A model generated the notes under the pieces. That model searched no databases and had not been told where the DNA came from. It was given only the letters and a program-made list of their open reading frames with translations. The translations under genes were made by a program, and so were the position numbers. From Hypanus sabinus (Eukaryota): a DNA stretch of 64,000 bases. Below, in pieces: positions 12,204-25,331 of the stretch. Positions within the stretch are counted from its first letter, which is position 1. Each line of letters begins with the position of its first letter. Location of the stretch: positions 62,001 through 126,000 of the forward strand of contig NW_026781450.1 in NCBI RefSeq assembly GCF_030144855.1, given 5' to 3'.

Positions 12204-14229
12204 CCGGATAGTTAAAACAAATGAATTCTGACGCATGAACCCCCAGGCAAGAGTCATAATGGAGTGCAGCACCCAGACCTGCCCAGCCGTGCGGACCACG
12301 TGACCACCTCCCGGATCCCCGCTTCCTGATTTCACTGACCGTCCCCTTAATGTCTTATCGACGTCATAAGTCAAAGTTACTATCGCATTGCCTCAACCTC
12401 TTGCGCTCGGAAATCGTTCCCTAGACTTGTCACCTTCTCGGATCCCTTTAAATCTTTTCACTTTCACTCTGAAACACTGACACTCGCTGTCGCTCTGGAT
12501 TCCCCTACACTGCCATTGTCCACCCAACCTGCAGAGCGGCTGCCATCATTATTATTTTTTCCTGCACTCTCACTTGTTCACTCACGTTTTCCGAGAACAA
12601 GGTGCCAAGAAATATACGTCACTGTAAGTGCGGCCACCCCAACCACGTATATAATTGAGTCACGATGGGGGCAGCTGCGTGGGAAGGGGTAGGGCTTTGG
12701 GGTTCTACCATATATCTCTCGTTCACTCTTGTGCCCCGCCTCTGTTTCCGGGTATGTTTGAGAAGAAAAAGAACATTTCAAGATGTATATTGTGTACATT
12801 TCTCCGACATTAAATTGTACCTTTTAACCTTTGAACCAGCTGCTATGTCCAAAGGGTGGTGTGACGGAACATTTCTGCCGCTGGTTTTGGAAACGCACAA
12901 GAACCCAAAAGAATTCGCCAGTCGGCAATATTCAGCCGCGATCTGTGGCTCCCGACCTGAGCCTACGACGCCTTGCTTCAAGGTATCGGTGGCGGCATAA
13001 AATAGTGGCCCTCCCAGACCGTGACGAACCGCATCGAATTGTCCTAACGGCTCCTCTGAGCTGATTCCACGCTCCAGGTACGCATCAGCTTCCAATCCTC
13101 AATCAGCTCCCCCTCCTGGTCTCCAGGTGACCAGGCCGCCAATCTGGAATGTGTCGTGAAATTTATTGTTAGTTTTTCAGTAGACCGGTTCAATAGAACA
13201 AACATGCTGTAAATGACAACAAATATAAATAAATGCGGAAATAAATAAATAAATGGACGACTGTGCAGAAAAAAAACAATAAGTAGCCGATAAATAAATA
13301 AATAGACAAATATGGAATTAAATAAGTAGATATATAAAAGTAACACACAGATTTCTCCAACGTCCGTTGAAGTCCCCCTTCCCTTTCTTACACCACCCGT
13401 TATTTATTAATTTATTAATCATCCCCCCCCCTTTTGCTTCTCTCCTTTTCTCTTTCTCTCCCCCTCTCATAATCATAATCACTCCTTGCCTGTCTACCGT
13501 GCTCCTCCCCCTTTCTTTCTTCCTAGGCCTCCCGTCCCGTGATCATTTCCCCTCTACCGCTGTGTATTCCTTTTGCCAATCAACTTTCCAGCTCCTCCCC
13601 CCTCCTGTTTTCTATTATTTCGGATCTCCCCTTGCCCCTCCCACTTTCAAATCTGTTCGTATCTTTCCTTTCAGTTAGTCCCGACGAAGGGTCTTGGTCC
13701 GAAACCTCGGCAATGCTTCTCCTTACAGATGCCCGATGCATGGTGTGCTATCGCCCTCTGCTGGATGGATGGAGAAAGCAAATTAATTCTATCCCAGATG
13801 ATGCCCCACCAGCGTCATCGAGCAGCACGGGACAGACACTGGTCAACTCACCAACCCAAATTTCATATTTTCAAAGACCTCCCGTTCACGTTTCTATCCC
13901 TGGTCTCAAACTCCGGAACTCCGGAATGACCGACCAGTTCTGCCGCCGGACGCGAGCCCGCAAAGTCAGACGAGACGTCCTTCATCAGCAATATTAATCG
14001 TAGACGGAGACCACGGATCCCTTGCATCGTAAAATCTGTCCGTGACATAAATAAAAAGGTTGGAAGTCCAGCGGGAGGCAAACTATATTGACCTGCAATT
14101 ACAAGTGTTCTCCGCTGATTCCACACTCCAGATCCCTTCCCTTTCTGATTCTGTCAACTTCAGCTCCTCCTACAGCTACCCCTTCTTGTCTCCAGGCGAC
14201 CAGGCCGCCAATCTGAGGCGGAGGAATCA

Positions 14230-15000
14230 CAAGGTGAGGAATGGCGGATCATTATCAGAACCGGAATCCGGTTTATCATGACTGGTATATGTGGTAAAAT
14301 GTATTGTTACTTCGACAGCAGTCCGGTGCAATGGATCAAATATATTATCAATTACAGTAAATGTGATTAAATACACAAATAAATTGATAAATAGACGACT
14401 GCGCAGATAATAAATAGCAGATAAATAAATAGACTAATACGGAAGTTAATAACTAGGTAAAAAATCAGATGTACGATTAAGCAGTCNNNNNNNNNNNNNN
14501 NNNNNNNNNNNNNNNNNNNNNNNNNNNNNNNNNNNNNNNNNNNNNNNNNNNNNNNNNNNNNNNNNNNNNNNNNNNNNNNNNNNNNNNNNNNNNNNNNNNN
14601 NNNNNNNNNNNNNNNNNNNNNNNNNNNNNNNNNNNNNNNNNNNNNNNNNNNNNNNNNNNNNNNNNNNNNNNNNNNGGTTCAACCAAGAGAGGACATAAAA
14701 CACGGGGTGGTGTTCATGGGTTCGTGTTCCGTTCAGAAATCTGATGGCGGACGGGGAGAAGCTGTTTCTGAATCGTTGAGTGTGTGCCCCGGTCTCCCGC
14801 ACTTGCCCCTTGATGGTAGTAATGAGAAGAGGGCATGTACTGGGTGGTGGAGCTCGACAATGATTGATGCTGCCTTACTGAGGGATCGCCTGTTGAAGAT
14901 GTGCTCGTGCTGGGCGGGATACTGTTCATGGTGGCGGAGTTTACTACCCGCTGAAGACGCGATGGTCTCCAGATGCTGTCCATCCGAATCAACACACACA
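14230..15000 (-). mobile_element. Rex1/L2-type LINE 3' end
   Basis: Minus-strand frames read LQRVVNSA...KAASIIVELHHPVHALFSLLPS...RFRNSFSPSAIRFLN. 3' UTR agaaccggaatccggtttatcatgactgg at about 14240. Spans an N-run. Confidence 0.7.
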
Positions 15001-15203
15001 CACAAATTGTTGTCAGAACTCACCAGGTCTGGGCGCAGATATGGAAATGACGTTTCGGGCTTTGTCCCACCTCTTCAGCATTCCCCGTATTCCGGATTGG
15101 AGTCTGCGGGCAGCAATGTGCCCGGAAGGGGCGGGGTCCTGATGCCGCATTTTCTCCCGCAATTGCTCCCTCGCACAACACAGAGAAGGATCCCGGAGAG
15201 AGG

Positions 15204-16488
15204 ATGTTGCTGTTTCTCGTCCTGGCGCCGTTGCTTCAGGGTATGAAATAATCTCACACAATAATTAATCTTCAATCCGAAACCAGGTCTGGTCACTCTG
15301 TCAAACTGGAACGAGTGCGGAGATGCTTTGTCAGAATTTTGCCGGAATCTGCGTGTCCGAGATACAAGGAGAGGTTTGCGTCGACTCGCATTTCATTCCC
15401 GGGACAGTCGACGATAATCGCAAGGGCTCAGAATTAAAACGGGACGGGAACGGGGGCTGATAACGAGACGGCACGGGTTTATGATGAGAGGGGACAGATT
15501 GTAAGGGAACACCAGATATTAATGGTTACTTAGAACTGGCAACCAGAAATGATGGCGGATATAATAACAAAGATTAAACATCGTCTACTAGTGCAGAAGG
15601 GCGTCGACAGGAGAGGTTCACGTGGCTTTTGGCCGGACAGGGGCAACTGGGACGGTCTCCGTTGTAAACAGTTTCAGTATGGACGACTTCGGCCGAAGGG
15701 ATCGTTCCCAAGACGATGTCAAAGTTAATGTGGATTTTATCGTGCTTGACCAACTAACTGGCGGCAAAATCAAAGGTACAGAACATCAGACAAGCAACAT
15801 TTGTTGGGGAAAATGACGGCAATATGAATTATTCACGACTTTGTACAAGAAACAGGACAATTAGTATAGAGACAAACCAGGTCTGTTTCAATGTACAATA
15901 GTCAAGGTGGTCGCGGTGTTGCTAAACTGTAGTGATTCAGGAGCTGCAGTTTGGGTTACGAATGCGTCAAAGAAGGTGGAAATAATTATCATATCAATAT
16001 TTTATGCTCTTTAACATGCAGATATTGCTAATTATAATATTTCCTCAAACGTTGTGTTTCTTATCATTGTCCAGAATCATCGATGTTTTCTCAGATGGAT
16101 CACATCGTTCCTTTTCCCCTAAACCTCGTCCTCCCGTTTAACAATCGGGTCTCCCGCTGATCTCGCTCCACTTCCCGTTCCCTTCCGCAGGAGCGACCTC
16201 GCAGTCTGTTCGCCAGGACACGCCGGCTCTCTCCAAATCTCCCGAAGAGAGCGTGTAGCTGAATTGCATCCTGGCCGGCGGTAGCGCAAGCAATTATCTC
16301 TACTGGTACCGACAATATCCCGGGAAGGAGATTCAGAACCTGTTTCATTCCGTGGGTATTGACTCAGTAATTCCGGAGGGGGCTGTGGTCGGCTTCACCG
16401 CCCGGAGACCCAATACAGAGACGTTCATTCTCAGCTCGGCCAGCGTGCGCCCGGACCAGTCGGCCGTCTACTACTGAGCCTGGAGTCT
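15204..16488 (+). pseudogene. TRBV: TRBV segment V3 (group B), two in-frame stops
   Basis: Leader MLLFLVLAPLLQ 15204-15240 (GTATGA). V exon 16191-16488: ATSQSVRQDTPALSKSPEESV*LNCILAGGSASNYLYWYRQYPGKEIQNLFHSVGIDSVIPEGAVVGFTARRPNTETFILSSASVRPDQSAVYY*AWS. TAG at 16256; Cys104 is TGA at 16475. RSS: CACAGTG 16489-16495, 23 nt, ACAACAAAC. Confidence 0.92.
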
Positions 16489-16879
16489 CACAGTGGCTCA
16501 GGGACACGCCGGGGCCCGACAACAAACTTCGCCGGCGACAGGAAGCAGCTGATCTGTGAGACTCGTTGATCTTGGTTTCACAGATCACGAACGTGCTGGT
16601 TAAAAAACAAATGCCAGGCAACATTAGCGCGTCTGCAGGTGGGACTGAGAAACAGAGGGATCGTTCCGGATTGGCTCGAGGTGCGGGGATCAAATCTGTT
16701 GCCAAATAACGGGACGGTGATCTGGGGAGACGGACCCTCACATGGGAGTGACGTAGAGTAGCTGGCGGCACGGTACAGGAGCGCTGCGGGCAACGTGACG
16801 ATGGTATAGCGCGAACATTCATTTCCGCAGTGTCCGTGCGGGCTTCCTCTAGTTTCCCCACACATTCATAATCATTCGT

Positions 16880-17425
16880 ACATTACACAGAATTACTGCG
16901 ACGACTTGAAGAAATGGAAGATCAATTTCCACAGAGGCTGGGCAAACGGAAAGTCCTTCTGGGAGATGAAGACGGGATATGATTTTCACGTGAATTCGTT
17001 GAGGTTGCACCTGGAGTCTTATGGGCTCTTCGCCGAGAATCTCCGAGTGCATCACGAATTTATGTTGAGACAGCACAGAAACAGCCGATCCTATGTTTCC
17101 TTTGGTGGGAGGGTCTAAGGTCAGAGTGCAAAGCTTCAGAACTGAGGGGCGTCCCATTCGGAACTGGCATGAGGGGAATTCCGCCGCCAGGGAGTAATGA
17201 ATCTGTGGGATTCCTGGCCACAGGCAGTTGGGGAGGCTGAAATTTATGTATATGTAAGGAGGAGTTGAAAGATTCTTGTTCGGTCAGGGTATGAAGGGAT
17301 TCGGAGAGAGCACAGGAGATCGGGACCGAGTGGGATGTTAGATCAGGCAAGATGAAATGGCGGAGCAGACTGGGTGGGTAAAATGGCCTGATTCTGATTC
17401 TCTATCTCACGGTTTTATGGTCTCA
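16880..17425 (+). mobile_element. Degenerate CR1 LINE 3' end, preceded by a SINE-like piece (about 16770-16870)
   Basis: ttggaggtgcacctggag..., aatctgtggga...ggcagttgggaggct..., and a CR1-like UTR ending atggcctgattctg. Confidence 0.55.
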
Positions 17426-18118
17426 ACAGGTTAGCATCTGTGGAAAAGGGTAAACAGCCCGCGTTTCAGCCCGAGGCCCTTCGGAAGAACAGGGGAAAAA
17501 AGATGAGGAGTCAGATTAAGGGCGGGTGGGGGTAGTGTAGGGAAATGCCAGCTGACTGGTGAAATCGGGAGGGGGAGCGGGTGGGGTGATGTATTGAGTT
17601 GGAAGGTTGACTGGTGAATGAGATACAGGGCTGGAGAAGGGGGCATCTAATAGGAGAGTTCGATAGCCATGGAAGAAGGAAAAGCGGGCAGCACCAACAA
17701 AGGGAAGGGAAAGTGACAGAGTAAGTTGGAAATGGTGAAGGAAGGGGGCGTTACCGGGAGTTCGAGAAATAGATGTTCATACCGTCGGTTTTCGCATTCT
17801 AACAGTGCTTGTCGAAGATGAGCGGGGCACGTTTGTTTACAGACAGTGATGCGTGTCTGAAACGCGCTGAAAACAGTGGTGGAGGTTGAGAAATCAGCAG
17901 GGAATGAAGGAACATTCACCCATATGCAAATCTGCTTCGTGTCATTTGGATCATTCACTGTGCTGTGCTGCGTGGTACGTTCGTCTGCCGTCAATCATGC
18001 GCCCTTTATGTGTGACGTGGAAGCAGCAGCAAACGTCATTTCCTCCTCTCTCCTCGAGCTCCTCCTTGTCGACAAGGCAGGTTTTTGTCGCGTCTATTCG
18101 TTTCTCTCAGTCACTGTG

Positions 18119-18788
18119 TCGACTCCAGGCGCAGAAGTACACGGCCGAGTGATTGGCCCAGAGATTGTCGGTTGTCAGAAAGAAAGTATTTTCATCAGGC
18201 CTTTTGGCGATGAATCCTTCCACAGCTTTGTCCGGAGTTACTATATTTTTGCCAGCGGAGTGGAACAAGTACTGGGGAGCCTCTCCCGGGTATTGCCGGT
18301 ACCAGTACATGTATGGATCGCTACTGCCTCCGGATAGCGTGCAGCTCAGTCGGACATCCTTCCCTGGAGTCGCGGAGACAGCCTGCGGATTCTGATGGAT
18401 CTTCTGCGAATTCGCCTCTGGCCCAAAGACAGGGAGAAGAGAACGGTCAGTGAGTAGGGAGAGCTGGAGACAGAGGAGAGAAGGAATGGTCAGCGAGGGG
18501 TGAGTGAGGGAAAGCAGAGGGACGACTGCGCACAGGAAAACCAGCTGTCCATTCGGTCCTCAATTATTTGCTAGCCCCTACTAGTTATAGATCTATTCTG
18601 GCCTCTGGAATACAATAACTATTTTACTTTACTGAAATATCCCATATCCAGGCAGTGAAGGAATTGGATACAAATATAATTTTTCAATATTTGTGGATTT
18701 CCATGGCTGAAGGGTTGAGCAGGCGAGGTGAAATTTACTGACCGGGGTAGCAGAAAATACAGCCCAGTAAGAGGGCGAGGAATCTCAT
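18119..18788 (-). CDS. TRBV: TRBV segment V4 (group B, TRBV30-like), apparently functional
   Basis: Leader MRFLALLLGCIFCYP 18788-18743 (donor GTCAGT). V exon 18417-18119: ANSQKIHQNPQAVSATPGKDVRLSCTLSGGSSDPYMYWYRQYPGEAPQYLFHSAGKNIVTPDKAVEGFIAKRPDENTFFLTTDNLWANHSAVYFCAWSR. Perfect RSS: CACAGTG 18118-18112, 23 nt, ACAAAAACC 18088-18080. Confidence 0.95.
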
Positions 18789-19589
18789 TTTGTGGATTTG
18801 GCTGCAGCGTGCGCGCCCGACGAGGGTCCTTGACTCAGTGAACTAGGAGAAGCGTCGAGCTGGGGAGGTAGATGACGTGTCAGTCCAAACTCCTCCCACC
18901 CAATCGGCGCGGGAAGTGGGCTGTGGCCAAGTTCAGACAATGCCGGCCTGTGCGGCATGTGATTGGCTCGCCGTCGTCCAATGATCTCCGGAGAATGCGC
19001 ATGGGCGTGAGATCGTTTAAGGACGCGGCGCTCCTTATGGCTGTTCGCCGCTCGCTACCGATGACGCATCTGATAACTTAATTCCTCTTTAATTTGTCGC
19101 AAGTTGCCGAGAGGACCGCAGCTCGTACCCCCAACTCCCGAAATTGCAACCTTTATCCCTCCCCTGGTAGCTTAGGTTTCCCTTACTGCCTGACTTATCT
19201 CCCTTTCATTCAACATCGCCATCACCCTTCACTGACAGGCCAAGAATGAGGTCCATAATTCAGGGTCAGTNNNNNNNNNNNNNNNNNNNNNNNNNNNNNN
19301 NNNNNNNNNNNNNNNNNNNNNNNNNNNNNNNNNNNNNNNNNNNNNNNNNNNNNNNNNNNNNNNNNNNNNNNNNNNNNNNNNNNNNNNNNNNNNNNNNNNN
19401 NNNNNNNNNNNNNNNNNNNNNNNNNNNNNNNNNNNNNNNNNNNNNNNNNNNNNNNNNNNNNNNNNNNNNNNNNNNNNNNNNNNNNNNNNNNNNNNNNNNN
19501 NNNNNNNNNNNNNNNNNNNNNNNNNNNNAGAGAAAGAGAGATACGGCGAAAGAGAGTGGAGTAGAGAAAGAGGATCAAACAGTTGAGGG

Positions 19590-21560
19590 AGCAGATCTAA
19601 GGCGAGAGGAGCGATTTAACGAGGACCTCAGTTGCAACACCTTCATCCTGAGGATGGTCCGTGTGTGGAACGAGCTACGAGAGGAACTCTCAACTCACGT
19701 CCTCTTGTTTGAATCTCCCCTACTCTCAACGGAAAACGCCTATCTACGTCAACTCCCTCTATACCCAGCATAATATTAAATAACTCTATCAAGTTCCCCT
19801 TCAATCTTCTACACTCCAACGAATAAAGACCTAACTTGTTCAACTTTTCACTGTAACTTAGGTGCTGAAACCCAGGTAACATTTTAGTAAATCTCCTCTG
19901 TACTCTCTCTATTTTGTTGACATCTTTCCTATAATTCGGTGACTAGAACTGTACACAATGCTCCAAATTCAGCCTCACCAATGCCTTGTACAATTTAACA
20001 TTACATCCCAACTCCTATACTCAATACTCTGATTTGTAAAGGTTGTTGCGGAAGATCCTGAGAGGCAGGATTTATGAGCATTAGCAGAGACATAATCTGA
20101 TTAGGGATAGCCAGCATGGCTCTGTCAAGGGCAAGTCGTGGCTCGCGAGCCTGATTGAATTCTTCAAGGACGTAAGAAAACACATTGTTGAAGGTAGAGC
20201 AGTGGATGTAGTGTGTATGGATTTCAGCAAGGTTCCCCATATTATTGAGAAAGTTAGGAAGGACAGAATCCAAGGGGACATTGCTTTGTGGATCCAGAAC
20301 TGGCTTGCCCACAGAAGGCAAAGAGTGCTTGTAGACGGGTGATATTCTGCATGGAGTTCGGTCCCCAGTGGAGTGCCTCAGGGATCTGTTCTGGGACCAC
20401 TTCTGTCGTGATTTTTAAAAATGATCAGGATGAGGAAGTGGAGGGATGGGTTAGTAAATTTGCTGATGACACAAAGGTAGGGGGTGCTGTGAATAGTGCG
20501 GAGGGCTGTTAGAGGTTACAGCGGGACATCGATAGGATGCAAAACTGGGCTGAGAGGTGTCAGATGGAGTTCAAACCAGATAAGTGTGAGGTGGTTCATT
20601 TTGGTAGGTCAACTATGATGGCAGAATATAGTATTAATAGTAAGGCTCTTGGCAGAGTGGGGGATCAGAGGGATCTTGGGGTCCGAGTCCATAGGACGCT
20701 CAAAGCAGCTGCTCAGGTTGACTCTGTGGTTAAGAAGGCGTACGGTGTACGGGCGTAAGGTTAAGAAGACCTTCATCAATTGTGGGATTGAGTTTAGGAG
20801 CCGAGATGTAATGTTGCAGCTGTTTAGGACCCTGGTCACACCCCACTTGGAGTACTGTACACAGTTCTGGTCGCCTCTTTACAGGAAAGATGTCGAAGCC
20901 ATAGAAAGGGTGCAAAGGAGATTTACAAGGATGTTGCCTGGATTGGAGAGCAGGCCTTACGAGAATAGGTTGAGTGAACTCGGTCTTTACGACTTGGAGC
21001 GACGGAAGATGAGAGGTGACCTGATAGAGGTGTACAAGATGATGAGAGGCATTGATCGTGTGGATAGTCAGAGGCTTTTCCCCAGGGCTGTAAAAGATTG
21101 CACGAGGGGGCACAGGTTTAAGATGCTGGGGAGTAGGTACAGAGGAGGTGTCAGCTGTGAACCTTCGGGCACTGAGGAGTCCAGTAGGACGGGGCAACTG
21201 GGAATATAGACACGAAAGTCAATGCAATTGAATTCACAGTCAGATGGGGTCCAAAAGGTGGTTTTGGTACACTTGCCTTCAGTAATCAAAGTATTCAACA
21301 GGAGATGGGATGTTATGTTGCCGGTTTGTAGGACGTTGTACAGAGCAAAATTGCCGAATAGTGTGCGGTTCTGATCACCTCCCTGTGGGGAAGATATCGG
21401 TGAGATTGAAATCTTGAAGGGAAAAGCTTGCCGGGGTGTGTTGACAGGGTTCGGAATTAATCCCCTGGAGCGAAGGGAAAGGAGGGGAGGGTTGAAATAG
21501 GGGGATTTTATGAAGGCTGCAGACAGTGTAAATACAATCAGGCCTTATCCACTGACCTTG
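19590..21560. mobile_element. Nest of CR1 LINE fragments in both orientations
   Basis: Minus piece about 19690-20040 (GLYSLECRRLKGNLIELF). Plus piece about 20075-21140 with RT motifs (DFSK, SGVPQGSVLGP, FADDTK, LEYCTQFWSP). The two overlap in LINE coordinates, so they are separate copies. Confidence 0.9.
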
Positions 21561-21765
21561 GTAGAGACATGGAGTGAAAACTCGGGAAGAGAGGGAAGAG
21601 TAGGGAGAGGTGGGGGCGAGACAAAATAAAGAGAGAAAGAACGGGAGAGTGTGACAGAGAGAGCGAAGAGAGTCTATGCTTGCACCTGGCCAGCCCCACC
21701 GCCAGCTGCTTCCTGTCACGTTGGAAGAGTTTTGTTCAGAGTCAGTGTGTCTCTGAGTCACTGTG

Positions 21766-22313
21766 AAGACTCCACCCGCAGAAGTAGACGGCCGAATGGT
21801 TGGGCAGCGCGCCGGGAGAACTCAGAATGAACGTCTCGTCATCTGGTCTCCAGGCGTTGAATCCGTCCACCGCCTCCTGAGGATAGATGGTGTTGACAGC
21901 CCCAAAGTAAAAGAGGCTGTGAATCTCCTTCTCGGGGCATTGTCTGTACCAGTAGAAGGCGTTACTGCTGATGCTGCCCTTTCTGAGGCATCTCAGAGCC
22001 ACACTTTACCCAGGAAGCTTGGTGAGGGCCGGAGGACGCTGGACGATGGCCTGCGGGCTCACCCCTGGAAGTGAGACGGGGAGAAGGGCAAGGTCAATAT
22101 TCTGTAGGACGGGAGGAGATCCGGGAGAGGGGAGCGGGTGGAGTGTGGGGTTAGGCGGCCCGCGTAGAGAGACAGAATAGTTGAGGAGCAGAAGAGACAG
22201 ATCGGGAAAAGTCAGTAAATTGAAGGATGGTTTGAGATCTGTGAAACAAAAGCGCTGAGTCCAGAAGACAGCCAATACGATAAGTAGAGTGATGAGATCG
22301 AGGGGATCAGGTT

Positions 22314-22396
<83 letters not shown>

Positions 22397-22891
22397 TGTA
22401 TGTGAGAGAACGAGAATGTGATAGGTAGAGATAAATTTGAAACGTGATCTCTAGCGAGAAATGGACAAAAACAGACAAGTGTCCGGGCAAGAAAGAAAGA
22501 GAGTCGGAGATTCAGGTCAAAAGGAAGATAGAGAGATAGAAATAATGACAAAGGAACGCGAAAATAAGAGAGAAAGAGATAAAGTGAAGAGGAAGGGAGA
22601 AAGGGAGAGTGGGAAAGAGGCAGAGGGGTACAGACAGAGAATGGAAAGGGATGACTACGTCATGGATGACGAAGGGAAGAAAAGAATAATACATATTCAG
22701 TAATTGAAATGCAAGAAGTAAAAATGCAGCAATGGATAGAAAATCGAAATGGCAGAAAGAAAGAGCGGTGAAAAGATGATGGAGGTGATGGAATGAACAG
22801 GTACGGAATAGGTGGAGCGGGTTGTTTAATTATTAAATAACGTCAGCTTTTTACCATGTGCCCAGATTATCAACTCAAGAAACAGCAGCAT
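21766..22891 (-). pseudogene. TRBV: TRBV segment V5 (group B), single in-frame stop in FR1
   Basis: Leader MLLFLELIIWAH 22891-22855. V exon 22064-21766: VSPQAIVQRPPALTKLPG*SVALRCLRKGSISSNAFYWYRQCPEKEIHSLFYFGAVNTIYPQEAVDGFNAWRPDDETFILSSPGALPNHSAVYFCGWSL. TAA at 22008-22006. RSS: CACAGTG 21765-21759, 23 nt, ACAAAACTC. Confidence 0.92.
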
Positions 22892-24776
22892 ACTTCACTC
22901 CAAGGTTTTCCTTCACGATTGCGAGAGGCTTTCGAGAGTGAAATGAGTGAGGAAAGGAGGCCCCTCCCTTTCCACCCTGATGGACGGACGTCCTCACACT
23001 GCTATTGGCTGATTGGCTCAACACTATCCTGAGGGCAGGATGGTGGTGGGCGGAGAGGTGTAGAGGGAGCGGCTGCCTTCTGCCTCATCGGCCGCGGACC
23101 GAACAGAGTCTGAGATCGGCGGAAGATTTTTCTCAGTTCAAGGCGGTTTTGTGCCGAGTAATATTGGTATTTTGGGTTTTCTTTCTCAGATCAGCAAGAA
23201 AAGAAACAAAGGGGGTTACTCAGGGCGTCTGGGACGGAGAGAAAGAGACAGAGATGGGGAAGAGAGAGAGAGAGATTGAGGGAAAGCGAGAGACTGAGAG
23301 GGAGATTGAGGGAGGGAGAGAGACTGAGAGAGATTGAGGGAGAGAGAGGGGAAGACCGAGTGAGGAGAGAGGGAGATTGACACAGATTGAAAGAGAAAAG
23401 CGAGGTTTTAATGCCAAAAGTATTTGAAGGGGAAACAGGGAACAATAACGCTAGGCCGAACAGAGCCATTAACTAAAGCTCTGACACATGAAACAAGATG
23501 CGAACACAGAGTCTGAAACGAATATCTAAACCTAAACCGAGTACAGCTCGTCCTCAGACTCAGTCCACTGTTTTCGGGGAAGGCCGAATGCAAGCCGGCA
23601 GCGTAAAGTTACTAGGCTTTGCTCGAGTATCGACAAACGTTACAGCAATAAGCAGGGAGTTAAATACTGCCGTAATGAAATAATTATATGACCCGTACAT
23701 ATCCACGAGCACAATTATCGAATCTGCTGCACAGCCGAGTCCTTGTTGTGACAGGGCTTCCGTATCCTTCGTCTGTCTTGGTTGTTGGAACTCCATCGGA
23801 CTCTCCTCTGTCCAGCTCTGGATCCTACCAAAGACCCGTTGTAAGCAAAGACCAACCTTACGCACTTCCCACAAGACAACCAATCTTCGCGTTTCCTGCG
23901 CACTTATTTACCCACTCTTGCACTTACAAACCGTACAAGTGGTGTATAAAGCGAGCGGGATATCAAATTGGTGTTTATGGGTTTACGGACCTTTCAGACA
24001 TCTGTTGGCGGAGGGGAAGAACTTGTTCCAGGATCTTTCACTCTTCCGGATCCTGTGCCTTCGCTGCGCTGGTCTGATGGAGTAGAGGAAATGTTCCGGG
24101 AGGTGAGGGTCCTCAGAAATGGATACCGATTGCTTGAGTTACTGCTTTATATCTGTGTAAATCTATGAATACAAAGAGGTTTGTCGATTGTTAAATGGTA
24201 TGTGGACGGTTGGCTAGTTTTTGATAGAAGGACAGAATGTGCAGAGGCACAGGTACCCACCGGAGAGGGACCAAGTAGAAATACCCTTTGACAAAGCCGG
24301 GACTTCCTTCATTGCCTTGTTCATTCTGTGATATCGCCCTCTGCTGGATGAAGGCCTAAAACAAATTAATTCTATCCCACGTGATCCTCTACCAGTCATG
24401 CAACAGACACTTGGACGACTAACTAACTCAAATTTCATGTTGTCAATGCCCTCCCGTCTTCGTTTCAACGCCTGGTCTCAAACTCCGGAGTTCCGGAATG
24501 ACCGACCAGTTTTTCCGCTGGACGCGAACCCGCAAAGTCAGCCTGGACGTCCTTTATTAGCAATATTAACCGTGGACAGAGACCACGGAAACCTTTCTTC
24601 AGGAAATCTGTCCATGACATAAATAAAAAGGTTAGACATCCAGCCGAAGGCGAACTGTATTGACCTTCATTTACAGGTCTTCTCCACTGATTTCACACTC
24701 CAGATGTCTTCACATTCTGATTCCGTCACCTTCAGCTCCTCGTACTGCTCCCCCTCCTGGTCTCCAGGCGACAAGG

Positions 24777-24986
24777 CCGCAACACCGTCGAACAATCCCT
24801 CTGGCTGGACGTACGTAGCTGTCGTTGAGTAAAACATGTTCTCCGGACCCCTTCCCGGGTATTGTCGGTACCAGTACAACACGTTACCAGCACTGCTACA
24901 ACCCTCGACTGTGCACCGCAGCGTTACCTTCTGGCCGGAAAATGCGGAGAAATCCGGCGTCTGGTGGATCGTCACCGTCGTCTCCT
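24777..24986 (-). pseudogene. TRBV: TRBV segment V6 (group B), 3' third, RSS and own leader deleted
   Basis: ETTVTIHQTPDFSAFSGQKVTLRCTVEGCSSAGNVLYWYRQYPGRGPENMFYSTTATYVQPEGLFDG, then joined to intergenic module sequence. Close paralog of V12. The region equivalent to 37925-38300 is missing at 25245. Confidence 0.9.
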
Positions 24987-25331
24987 CTAGAAAAAGAGAC
25001 GGGGGTGGCGTAGGCGGTGAATGAACACGGATTCCAGGGTTAATAGGGAAGGGGAGAAGAAGGGTCATAGAGGGATGGAAAGGGAAGACCTGAATTCGGG
25101 AGAGTTCCAGAGGTGGACGGAAGTTAGAGGCGGCGGCTGAGGGAGATATTGTGAGGACGCGATGATTCGTAACTGAATAAATAAAGATTGCGAGACTAGC
25201 GGAAGGTAACGCAAGTGAGGGGGAATCTGAAAGGAACAGAGACGCTGTTTGTCGTCGTTCCGCACCATTCTCAGTGCGTGCCCTGCCCTTCTACCCTGAA
25301 CCCCCACATTTGCTGATCATTTCACGCCGTT

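Noticed and set aside
15630-15650. GGACAGGGGC resembling the conserved D-beta core
   Set aside because: No flanking 12- or 23-RSS; it lies in the V3 intron.
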